From assembly GCA_049679665.1 (NCBI GenBank), contig JBAUGL010000066.1, positions 3,550 to 67,549 on the forward strand: a stretch of 64,000 nt of DNA, read 5' to 3'. The translations under genes were made by a program, and so were the position numbers. Under the pieces are notes generated by a model. It searched no databases and was not told the DNA's origin. It worked only from the letters and a program-made list of their open reading frames with translations. Below, in pieces: positions 44,510 through 53,226 of the stretch (the first letter of the stretch is position 1; each line of letters opens with the position of its first letter). Source of the DNA: Pyrinomonadaceae bacterium (GTDB lineage Bacteria > Acidobacteriota > Blastocatellia > Pyrinomonadales > Pyrinomonadaceae).

Positions 44510-45781
44510 ATGAGTAGAATCTGTGTTCGAACCGCGATCCTCTTTTTGATCGCAATTTCGACATTTGCGGCCTCCGTATTGGCACAAAGCGGTGGCCTTG
44601 TGGCATCGACGCGAATTGCGACGATGCCCGCAGCCCAATTCAACGCACGATTGAACGAGGTCTTTGGCACGTCCGCTCCAGAACCGCTTCGAGGTTCTTT
44701 GAATCTATATAAGGTTACTTACCGCTCGCGGGACGCGAATGGAAGAAATGCGGTCTTGTCCGGACTTGTCGTCGTTCCATCGAATGGGGCACCGAACGGT
44801 CTCGTGGTTTTCAACCACGGCACTACAGTTTACAACGGCCATATGCCGTCAAGATTTACGAGTAAAACTAAGGGAACAGAGCCGGAAACGGCAATACTTG
44901 CCTTCGCGTCGGGCGGTTACGCGATCGCGATGCCGGATTATATCGGCCAGGGCGATCACACCGGCGGACATCCGTATCCGGCGAACATAGTCAACGCGCA
45001 GGCAGGAATCGATTTGATCAAAGCCGCCAGCGAAGTCGGTCGACGAAATACGGTGAATATCGGTCGACAGCTTTTTATTACTGGTTATTCGGAAGGCGGC
45101 GGCGTCGCGATGGCTCAGGTTCGCGAGCTTGAACGCTCAAACGACCCGGCGCACCGCGTGACGGCGGCGGCTCCAGCATCTGGGCCTTATGACCTGTCCG
45201 GATCAACGCGGGAATTCATGCTTGAACAGCCGACAGATCAGGCCGGTTTTGTTGTTCGAACATATCTGCTAGGCGACTTGGTATATTACGTGCATAAGAG
45301 CAAGGGCGTGAAGATCTCGGACTATTTCAAATCGACAATGGCCTTTACGATCAATAACGCTTACGGTGGGAAGACCAAGGACGAAGACATCATCAAGCGA
45401 ATCGGCTTGACCGCCATCCTGATGCGGGCGAAAAACAATATTTACAACGTCGTCACGCCGCGTTTTAAACAAGCAATTGAAACGATGGATCTGCGCGATC
45501 CGGCTGTAAGTTTGCTAAAAGACAACGACGTTTATGACTGGTCGCCGAGATCCAAAATGCTGCTCATTAATCTCGAGGGCGATACGATCGTGACGCCGAG
45601 GAATTCGGAGGTGGCATTCCAGACAATGCGTCGACGGGGAGTCGGGCGCGAGACGCTGCGGCGGTCGATCATACGCGATTCGAGTCTGAATCACATAACC
45701 GCGGTACCGGCAGCGATGCTTCAGGCCCGACATTTTTTCGATGGCGGCTTCCAGGGCGTTCGTGATCTGGACGAAAATTAG
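44510..45781 (+). CDS. Secreted alpha/beta-hydrolase, lipase/esterase-like
   Basis: Signal peptide MSRICVRTAILFLIAISTFAASVLAQ and nucleophile elbow GYSEGGG. Start moved from the GTG at 44444, which lies in the hairpin loop, to ATG 44510. Confidence 0.8.
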   Translation: MSRICVRTAILFLIAISTFAASVLAQSGGLVASTRIATMPAAQFNARLNEVFGTSAPEPLRGSLNLYKVTYRSRDANGRNAVLSGLVVVPSNGAPNGLVVFNHGTTVYNGHMPSRFTSKTKGTEPETAILAFASGGYAIAMPDYIGQGDHTGGHPYPANIVNAQAGIDLIKAASEVGRRNTVNIGRQLFITGYSEGGGVAMAQVRELERSNDPAHRVTAAAPASGPYDLSGSTREFMLEQPTDQAGFVVRTYLLGDLVYYVHKSKGVKISDYFKSTMAFTINNAYGGKTKDEDIIKRIGLTAILMRAKNNIYNVVTPRFKQAIETMDLRDPAVSLLKDNDVYDWSPRSKMLLINLEGDTIVTPRNSEVAFQTMRRRGVGRETLRRSIIRDSSLNHITAVPAAMLQARHFFDGGFQGVRDLDEN

Positions 45782-45824
45782 GTAGTATTTCTGATTCAAC
45801 AGTTTTGATAGAGAGGTAATAATT

Positions 45825-45968
45825 ATGGGAAAAGGCGATAAAAGATCACGAAAGGGAAAGATCGTAACTGGTAGTTTCGGTAAAACCAGACCGAAGAAAA
45901 AGAAGGCTCACAGCGCGGAAGTCGTTGCTGATGCCAAAGCGAAGAAAAAGAAAGAAGCCTCAGGTTAA
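45825..45968 (+). CDS. 30S ribosomal protein Thx (bTHX), 47 aa; absent from the ORF track
   Basis: MGKGDKRSRKGKIVTGSFGKTRPKKKK closely parallels Thermus Thx ([26 protein letters not shown]). GAGAGG Shine-Dalgarno sequence 8 nt upstream. Confidence 0.85.
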   Translation: MGKGDKRSRKGKIVTGSFGKTRPKKKKAHSAEVVADAKAKKKKEASG

Positions 45969-45982
45969 GGTAACAGTTTTCA

Positions 45983-48256
45983 ATGTCAACTGAATTGATC
46001 AAAGTAACGATAAACGAACAGGAATTCGAGGTTGCTAAAGGCTCCCGCCTGATCGACGTCTGCCGTGAAAAAGGCTTTGGGATCCCTTCGTTTTGTTATT
46101 ATCAGGACCTCGAACTTCAGGCGTCCTGTCGTATGTGTCTCGTCCGCATCGAAAAGATGCCGAAGCTCCAAACGTCCTGCACGATCATCTGCTCCGACGG
46201 AATGGTAGTCACTACGACCGGCGACGAGATCGAAAAGGCGCAGCGCGCGATGGGTGAGTTTTTGCTTATTAACCACCCGCTGGATTGCCCTGTTTGCGAT
46301 CGGGGCGGCGAATGCGAACTGCAGGAAGTCATTTTCGATTGGGGCGACGTCGAAGAGCGGTTTACGGAGAAGAAGAACGCAGCGCCGGAGAAATATCTTT
46401 CGCCGATCGTCGCCAACGACCCTCAGAGGTGCATTCTCTGCAAACGCTGCACTCGAGTCTGCGACGAATGGATGGGCGAAGATGCCATTGAAGCCGGAAA
46501 CCGCGGTGTAAATACCGTGATCGGAACCTACGGCGGCTGGCTTAACTGCTCGCAGTGCGGAAACTGTATTGAAGTTTGCCCGACCGGTACCCTCCTCGAT
46601 GGCGTTTACCGTCACGAAACACGTCCATGGGAACTTGAACAGACTGTTTCAACGGACGTTTACGGCTCTGATGGGATGCAGATCAGTATCGGGTCACGCG
46701 CTGGCGCGGTGCATCGGATCGTAGCGCGAGACCGATATGTTAATGGTTTGAACGGTGAGTTTCTTGATGTAAAAGCAAGATTTGGCCACGGATTCGTGAA
46801 CCATCCGGATCGAATCAAGACCCCTATGATCCGTTATTCGAAAGGCGGGAAGCTCATTCCGGCTACCTGGGACAACGCGATCAAGTTCGCCGCTGACAAA
46901 CTCGCTGAATGCGGATCTTCCGTTGGAGTGATCGCGAGCCCGCGTCTGACGAACGAATCGATCTTTACGTTGAAGCGATTTGCGCAGGAAGCAGTCAAAT
47001 CGGACAATTTTGCTACGGCAGATCGCTCTGACCCCTCCCACGTTTTAGAAAACTTAAGTGTTCCACTATGTACTCATAAGGAAATAAGGTACGCAAAAAC
47101 GATCCTGCTCGTCGGCGGGGAGCCGGAAGAGGAACAATCGTTCACGGCTAAGCAGATACGACAGGCCGTCAGGAACGGCGGTGCCGATCTCATTGTTGTC
47201 AACGATCGTCCGATACGTCTAACTGCTCAGGCTAAACAGTTTATTCATATCAATCCGGGTTCATACGATGCATTCGCTCTCGCTCTTTCGGGGACGGACG
47301 TTAATGATTCAGCGGATAGAATGGGTATTCAGGCCGCAGAGCTCGACCTCTTGTCCAGTTCAATGAGCGCGGCCGTCGGAGATCTGATCATAATGATCGG
47401 ATCGGACCTTTCGCCCAATGCCCAAACCGTTTTGGCGGCGACGGCGGCTAAGTTCGAGGCAGGCGATCGTCGAGTGCTGATCCATCCGCTTCCGCTTTAC
47501 AATAACTCGGTCGGTGCCTTTGATCTAATGGCGGGCAAAAAGCCGCTTCGCACCGTAGCTATGAGTTCGAAGGGCTTGCTCATTGCCGGAAGCCTGGAGG
47601 ATGCGACCATTTTGCAGGGTAAAGAGTTCGTCGCGGTGCAGGAACTCTTTGAAACCGAGACGACCGAAGTGGCGGACGTAGTGTTTCCGGCGGCAAGTTT
47701 TGCCGAAGTGGATGGCACGTATACAAACAATTCCGGAAACGTTCAACGGGTGAGGAAGGCCATCGATCCAATTCATCAATCGAAACCGGACTGGCATATC
47801 ACCACTTTGATCGCGCGCGAAATGGGCATCGATTTTGGATATGATTTCTCGGCATCGATGGTGTTTAAGTCCATAGCCGATAGCGTGCCGGCATACAATG
47901 GTCTTCGATATTCGGCATTTAAGGATGAGTCCGATCCGGCGCAAGTGAAGCATTTGATAGTGGAATCTGACGTGACGGGAGCGATCGATGCGCTAAGGAA
48001 AGCGTCGGAAGATATCAAACCGAGCGAGAAGGTCACGGATGTACCTCGTGTTGGTCACAAGCTGCACAGGCTAACCACGTTGACCAGCAAGACTGAGCAG
48101 TTTCACCTTCTTGCCCATGGCAATCCGAAGCCGGACAGCCTTCTGGTGTCCCCGCTGGTACAGTTCCAACCGGACGGAACACCGCGTGAATCAAGCATAG
48201 AAGCATCCGCAGCAGTACATGCTTCGGATCGGGCACACATCGGCATCAACAAATAG
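45983..48256 (+). CDS. nuoG: NADH-quinone oxidoreductase subunit G
   Basis: N-terminal 2Fe-2S (CRMC...C), HPLDCPVCDRGGECELQ, CILCKRCTRVC, CSQCGNCIEVCPTG, and a molybdopterin-oxidoreductase-like C-terminal half. Confidence 0.96.
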   Translation: MSTELIKVTINEQEFEVAKGSRLIDVCREKGFGIPSFCYYQDLELQASCRMCLVRIEKMPKLQTSCTIICSDGMVVTTTGDEIEKAQRAMGEFLLINHPLDCPVCDRGGECELQEVIFDWGDVEERFTEKKNAAPEKYLSPIVANDPQRCILCKRCTRVCDEWMGEDAIEAGNRGVNTVIGTYGGWLNCSQCGNCIEVCPTGTLLDGVYRHETRPWELEQTVSTDVYGSDGMQISIGSRAGAVHRIVARDRYVNGLNGEFLDVKARFGHGFVNHPDRIKTPMIRYSKGGKLIPATWDNAIKFAADKLAECGSSVGVIASPRLTNESIFTLKRFAQEAVKSDNFATADRSDPSHVLENLSVPLCTHKEIRYAKTILLVGGEPEEEQSFTAKQIRQAVRNGGADLIVVNDRPIRLTAQAKQFIHINPGSYDAFALALSGTDVNDSADRMGIQAAELDLLSSSMSAAVGDLIIMIGSDLSPNAQTVLAATAAKFEAGDRRVLIHPLPLYNNSVGAFDLMAGKKPLRTVAMSSKGLLIAGSLEDATILQGKEFVAVQELFETETTEVADVVFPAASFAEVDGTYTNNSGNVQRVRKAIDPIHQSKPDWHITTLIAREMGIDFGYDFSASMVFKSIADSVPAYNGLRYSAFKDESDPAQVKHLIVESDVTGAIDALRKASEDIKPSEKVTDVPRVGHKLHRLTTLTSKTEQFHLLAHGNPKPDSLLVSPLVQFQPDGTPRESSIEASAAVHASDRAHIGINK

Positions 48257-48262
48257 TTCGCT

Positions 48263-49351
48263 ATGGAATCTGTAATAAAAACTGCATTTCCGTTCATCGT
48301 CATCTCGGTCGCGATATTGCTCGCGTTTCAGGGGGTGCTGATGATCGTTGCATACACGGTGCTCGCCGAACGCAAGGTGCTCGGTTGGATCCAGGGACGG
48401 ATCGGCCCAAACCGCGTCGGGCCGTGGGGCCTGCTTCAGCCGTTTGCCGATCTGCTGAAGTTCATCTTTAAGGAAGATCTTGTTCCGGATAAATCGACGA
48501 AGTTCGTCTATTTTCTAGCGCCATTGGTCGCGTTGACGTGTGCCTTGCTGCCGATCGTTGTTTACCCATTCGGACCGGCGATCACTTCTGTCGACTGGAG
48601 CTTTCTCCCATTCGGACTCGGAGATGGCGTGAAGCAGCTGCCGATGACGATCTCGCAGATAGATGTTGGGGTGTTGTTCGTCCTCGCGATAACCTCGATC
48701 GGTGTTTACGGAATTGCACTTGCGGGCTGGTCATCCAACAATAAATACAGCCTTATGGGCGGGCTGCGGTCGTCGGCACAGATGATCTCGTATGAACTCG
48801 CGATGGGCGCATCCGTGATAGGCGTCGTGATGCTCGCTGGTACGCTCGACCTCAACGGCATCATCCACGCCCAGATAAATTCTACATTCAAATGGTTTAT
48901 CATCCCGCAATTTATAGGATTTATCGTGTTTCTGATCTCCGCGTTCGCAGAGACGAACCGAGTTCCGTTCGATCTTCCCGAAGCTGAAACAGAGCTTGTC
49001 GCAGGATTTCATACTGAGTATTCAGCACTGAAATTCGCGCTTTTCTTTATGGCGGAGTACGTGAATATGTTCACCGTATCCGTAATGGTAACTGTGTTGT
49101 TTCTCGGCGGCTGGTACGTTCCGGGATTGAGTTACATCTTTGAGCCGGGCTCGATCCCTTACGCTCTCGCAAGCCACGTCGCCTTTATCGGCAAGATCTG
49201 CGGGTTTTTGTTCTTTTATATCTGGGTCCGCGGAACCTTGCCGCGATTTCGCTTCGACCAGCTGATGAATTTTGGGTGGAAGTTTTTGCTTCCCGTCGCA
49301 TTAGGAAACGTCCTTTTGACTATCCTCGTTGTTTATTTTCTCAATTCGTGA
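48263..49351 (+). CDS. nuoH: NADH-quinone oxidoreductase subunit H
   Basis: AERKVLGWIQGRIGPNRVGPWGLLQPFADLLK and AETNRVPFDLPEAETELVAGFHTEYS. Confidence 0.96.
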   Translation: MESVIKTAFPFIVISVAILLAFQGVLMIVAYTVLAERKVLGWIQGRIGPNRVGPWGLLQPFADLLKFIFKEDLVPDKSTKFVYFLAPLVALTCALLPIVVYPFGPAITSVDWSFLPFGLGDGVKQLPMTISQIDVGVLFVLAITSIGVYGIALAGWSSNNKYSLMGGLRSSAQMISYELAMGASVIGVVMLAGTLDLNGIIHAQINSTFKWFIIPQFIGFIVFLISAFAETNRVPFDLPEAETELVAGFHTEYSALKFALFFMAEYVNMFTVSVMVTVLFLGGWYVPGLSYIFEPGSIPYALASHVAFIGKICGFLFFYIWVRGTLPRFRFDQLMNFGWKFLLPVALGNVLLTILVVYFLNS

Positions 49352-49367
49352 CCGTTGAAATCTTGTA

Positions 49368-49952
49368 ATGGCTACTAACGTTCTATTTTTTCTGTTTGCA
49401 GGCTTGGCGATCGGGTGCGCACTATCGATGGTCTACCATAAGAATCCGCTCTACAGCGCTATTTCTTTGGTAGGTGTTTTTATCTCATTGTCGTGTCTAT
49501 ACGTGACTCTTGCAGCCCCGTTCATTGCTGCCGTTCAATTGCTGATATACGCCGGCGCGATAATGGTATTGGTTGTCTTCGTAATAATGTTGCTAAACCT
49601 TGACGAAGAAAATCGCGACAACCGATTGCGTTACTTATATTTTCTAGGCGGAGCATTGGGCGTGGTACTTCTCGGTCAAACTTTGTTCATATTTTATGCG
49701 GTCTTGAAGGCACCGAAACACACCGTCGAACAATCGGAAACTGTCGGTAAAACCCTGAGCATCGGCACGGCAATGTATACCCAATACCTTCTGCCGGTCG
49801 AAATAGTTGGAATATTACTCTTGATGTCGATCATCGGCGGCGTGGTCCTCTCCAGGCATTTGACTCATCGGCAGCTTGAGTTGGTAGTGGAAAATGAACT
49901 TGACCGACGGAATCAAGAGAGTGAGACAGGAGACTATCGCACCGCGCTGTAA
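49368..49952 (+). CDS. nuoJ: NADH-quinone oxidoreductase subunit J
   Basis: [10 protein letters not shown]...[23 protein letters not shown], typical of NuoJ. Starts 16 nt after the nuoH stop. Confidence 0.93.
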   Translation: MATNVLFFLFAGLAIGCALSMVYHKNPLYSAISLVGVFISLSCLYVTLAAPFIAAVQLLIYAGAIMVLVVFVIMLLNLDEENRDNRLRYLYFLGGALGVVLLGQTLFIFYAVLKAPKHTVEQSETVGKTLSIGTAMYTQYLLPVEIVGILLLMSIIGGVVLSRHLTHRQLELVVENELDRRNQESETGDYRTAL

Positions 49953-49962
49953 CAACAATAAG

Positions 49963-50268
49963 ATGGAACCAAGCTTAGCAAGTTATTTGGCATTATCGGG
50001 CATCCTGTTTGCGATCGGTGCCGTCGGCGTTATCTTTAAGCGCAATGCGTTGGGTATGTTCATGTGCATCGAGCTTATGCTCAACGCAGTAAACCTCACC
50101 TTCGTGGCATTTTCGCGGTACTACGCGGATGTCACTGGCCAGTTGTTCGTATTTATGGTTATGAGTGTGGCCGCGGCTGAGGCGGCCGTAGGCCTCGGGA
50201 TAATAATCACGTTCTTCCGTAACCGCCAGTCGGTGGATGTCGACGACGCGAGCATATTGAAAAATTAG
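49963..50268 (+). CDS. nuoK: NADH-quinone oxidoreductase subunit K
   Basis: 101-aa protein with three TM segments, [11 protein letters not shown] and AAAEAAVGL motifs. Start at ATG 49963. Confidence 0.93.
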   Translation: MEPSLASYLALSGILFAIGAVGVIFKRNALGMFMCIELMLNAVNLTFVAFSRYYADVTGQLFVFMVMSVAAAEAAVGLGIIITFFRNRQSVDVDDASILKN

Positions 50269-50349
50269 TGATGGATCGATGCGTGAACAAAGCTTCCGAA
50301 TGTGCATAGGCCGCATCGTACGGCAGCGGTCAGTTAGAGTTTTAGGTCG

Positions 50350-50982
50350 ATGTTAAATGCCGATGTTTTGACATTTCAGGAGTTTGCGATGCATGAACCG
50401 CTTCCGTTATCAAAGATTCAAGGAGCTGTGCTCGAATTTTTGCAAGGGCGGGACGATGCGGTTCTGTTCGGAGCACAGGCCGTAAATGCATATGTCAGCG
50501 AACCGCGTGCTACTCAGGATGTCGACATTATATCCACGCGTGCGATTGAGTTCGCGGAAGAGTTGCGTGAGCATCTTAGCGAAACGTATCATATCGCGAT
50601 TCGTGTTCGCGAAGTTGGTGGCCGAGGGTTAAGGCTTTATCAGGTCCGAAAAGAAGGAAACCGTCATTTGGTTGACGTGCGGATCGAGAATACGCTCCCG
50701 GCGACCGAGGAAATCGAAAAGATTCGCGTATTGACGCCGGTCGAATTGATTGTGAGCAAAGTGATCTCGTATCAATCGCGTCGTGGAAAGCCTAAATCCG
50801 GAACCGACTGGCGAGATCTAGCTATGCTTCTTGTCAGGTTTCCTGAGCTTAAAGTAGCTGATGGTGATGTAGGAAAGATTCTTTTGGAACGTAATGTCGA
50901 TGAAAACGCGGTCAAATTTTGGAACGATTTGGTTCAACAAGATTTTTCGCTCGATGACGAAGACGATGATCTGAGTTTTTAG
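50350..50982 (+). CDS. Nucleotidyltransferase-fold protein (AbiEii/MNT-like) inserted between nuoK and nuoL
   Basis: Pol-beta NTase motif FGAQAVNAYV...RATQDVDII plus the downstream SGTDWRDLAMLL motif. Acidic C-terminal tail. No cognate antitoxin-like neighbour. Confidence 0.6.
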   Translation: MLNADVLTFQEFAMHEPLPLSKIQGAVLEFLQGRDDAVLFGAQAVNAYVSEPRATQDVDIISTRAIEFAEELREHLSETYHIAIRVREVGGRGLRLYQVRKEGNRHLVDVRIENTLPATEEIEKIRVLTPVELIVSKVISYQSRRGKPKSGTDWRDLAMLLVRFPELKVADGDVGKILLERNVDENAVKFWNDLVQQDFSLDDEDDDLSF

Positions 50983-50983
50983 A

Positions 50984-53215
50984 ATGACTGAGAATAACCT
51001 TTTAAGTCTAATAATTTTCGCGCCGCTTGCTGGTGCCCTCATCAACTGGCTGATCGGCGGGCGGCTAAAGAATGAATCATTCAGCGGCCTTGTCGCATGC
51101 GGAAGCATTGCTGTTTCTATGATCGTCGCGTTTATGATCGCATTCGGTATCGGAACTCCGCACGTCGGGGCCCTCGTAGCTCCGGAAGGCAAACCTGTCC
51201 TCGATCATCTATGGACATGGATAAATGTCGGCGGATTTCGGGCCGATTTCGGTCTCGGGATGGACCGGCTTTCCGGTATTTACGCGTGTTTTGTTACATT
51301 CGTCGGCCTTTTGATCCATATATTTGCGACGGGTTATATGCGGGGAGACAAGGGTTTCTACCGCTTTTTCGCATACTTGAACCTGTTCATGTTCTCGATG
51401 CTGACGCTCATTTTGGCGGATAATTTTCTGCTGATGTTCGTCGGTTGGGAAGGAGTTGGCCTCTGTTCGTATCTCCTTATCGGCTATTATCTGAAAAAAG
51501 ATGAGGCTCGCGAAGCCGCCAAGAAGGCTTTCGTGATGAACCGGATCGGCGATTGGGGAGTGCTCATCGGGATATTTCTTATCTTTACGCTTACAGGATC
51601 GATCTCGTTTTATGACAAGACTGTTGACGGAACTCCTGTAGCAAGCGCGCTGAACATTTTCGCCCAAATGTCGGCGGATCCGTTCACGCTCGGATCGATC
51701 GTGGCCGGCGGGATCACGTCCGTTGCCGTGCTTTTATTCATAGGAGCCACCGGTAAATCTGCTCAAATTCCGCTTTTCACATGGCTGCCCGACGCGATGG
51801 CCGGCCCGACGCCCGTTTCGGCACTGATCCACGCGGCGACGATGGTTACCGCGGGCGTTTATATGGTCGTCCGCTGCAATGCGATCTATCAAAACGCGCC
51901 CACAGCAATGTTTATCGTGGCTATCATTGGATGCGCGACGGCCATATTTGCCGCAACGATCGGACTTGCTCAAAACGATATCAAGAAAGTTCTCGCGTAC
52001 TCGACCGTTTCTCAGCTCGGCTATATGTTCCTTGCGTGCGGTGTCGGGGCATTTGTAGCCGCTATCTTTCACGTGATGACCCACGCGTTCTTCAAGGCGC
52101 TTCTGTTTCTCGGTTCGGGCTCAGTTATACACGGTATGCATCACGAGCAGGATATGCGTCGGATGGGCAACCTGCGCAAATTCATGCCCGTCACGTTCAT
52201 CACGATGATGATGGGTTGGCTTGCGATCTGCGGAATCCCGATCTGGGCCGGCTTTTTCTCAAAGGACGAGATCCTTTATAAGACGTTTGCCGCTCCGAAT
52301 ATCCCAGAACCGTGGAATTATGTTTTGTGGGTCGTCGGATTGATCACTGCAGTTCTCACGGCTGCGTATATGACGCGGATGATGTGGATGACATTTTTCG
52401 GTGAGGAGCGATTTCACGAGGATATTGCCGAAGTACACGCCTATGCTGCTCAGACTGACGAGCATTCCGATTCGCATACGCAAGATGACGATGAAGATCA
52501 TCACCACGCCTTACCGCACGACTTTAAGCCTCACGAATCGCCGTGGACGATGACCGTCCCATTGATCGTTCTTGCATTTTTGTCGACCGTTGGCGGCCTT
52601 GTCGGCGTGCCGTATGCGATGAGTTCTCTGTTCGGGGCCGGTGATGTCAACGTTTTTGAACACACACTTGAGCCGGTTATCGCGAAGGTCGGAAATAGTG
52701 CCGCGAAGGATGCGCATTCCGCGGCGCCTGCGAAGGACGTACAAAGCCCCTCGGTAAAGCACTTTTACGGATCCGCGCCGGCTGCAGCTGCAGCATCTGC
52801 GACAGAATCACATGACGCGCATTCTCCGGAAGAGATTCGCACCGAACGGCTCCTCGCGGTCCTTTCCGTTTTACTTGCGTTATCGGGTATCGGCATCGGT
52901 TTTGCGTTATTCGGGAAGACCCCGCTTCGTAAATTGCCGAAGATACTCGAAGAAAAATGGCGTATCGACGAGTTATATAACGGATATATCGTCGACCCCA
53001 TAACGACTCTTTCGCGAAATGTGCTCTGGAAAGGGATCGATCTAGGATTTGTCGACGGTATCGTGAACGGGATCGGCCATTTCGTCACGTCACTCGGCTC
53101 ATTATTTAGAACAATTCAGGTAGGGTTTGTTCGCAGTTACGCGGCATTTATTCTCGCCGGGGCCCTCGTATTGATCGGGTATTTTATGTATTTTGGGTTT
53201 AAGCTGATCGGATAG
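50984..53215 (+). CDS. nuoL: NADH-quinone oxidoreductase subunit L (with low-complexity His/Asp- and Ala/Ser-rich inserts)
   Basis: VGWEGVGLCSYLLIGYY, KSAQIPLFTWLPDAMAGPTPVSALIHAATMV. At 743 aa it is longer than typical. Confidence 0.95.
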   Translation: MTENNLLSLIIFAPLAGALINWLIGGRLKNESFSGLVACGSIAVSMIVAFMIAFGIGTPHVGALVAPEGKPVLDHLWTWINVGGFRADFGLGMDRLSGIYACFVTFVGLLIHIFATGYMRGDKGFYRFFAYLNLFMFSMLTLILADNFLLMFVGWEGVGLCSYLLIGYYLKKDEAREAAKKAFVMNRIGDWGVLIGIFLIFTLTGSISFYDKTVDGTPVASALNIFAQMSADPFTLGSIVAGGITSVAVLLFIGATGKSAQIPLFTWLPDAMAGPTPVSALIHAATMVTAGVYMVVRCNAIYQNAPTAMFIVAIIGCATAIFAATIGLAQNDIKKVLAYSTVSQLGYMFLACGVGAFVAAIFHVMTHAFFKALLFLGSGSVIHGMHHEQDMRRMGNLRKFMPVTFITMMMGWLAICGIPIWAGFFSKDEILYKTFAAPNIPEPWNYVLWVVGLITAVLTAAYMTRMMWMTFFGEERFHEDIAEVHAYAAQTDEHSDSHTQDDDEDHHHALPHDFKPHESPWTMTVPLIVLAFLSTVGGLVGVPYAMSSLFGAGDVNVFEHTLEPVIAKVGNSAAKDAHSAAPAKDVQSPSVKHFYGSAPAAAAASATESHDAHSPEEIRTERLLAVLSVLLALSGIGIGFALFGKTPLRKLPKILEEKWRIDELYNGYIVDPITTLSRNVLWKGIDLGFVDGIVNGIGHFVTSLGSLFRTIQVGFVRSYAAFILAGALVLIGYFMYFGFKLIG

Positions 53216-53226
53216 GGTTCTACCAT

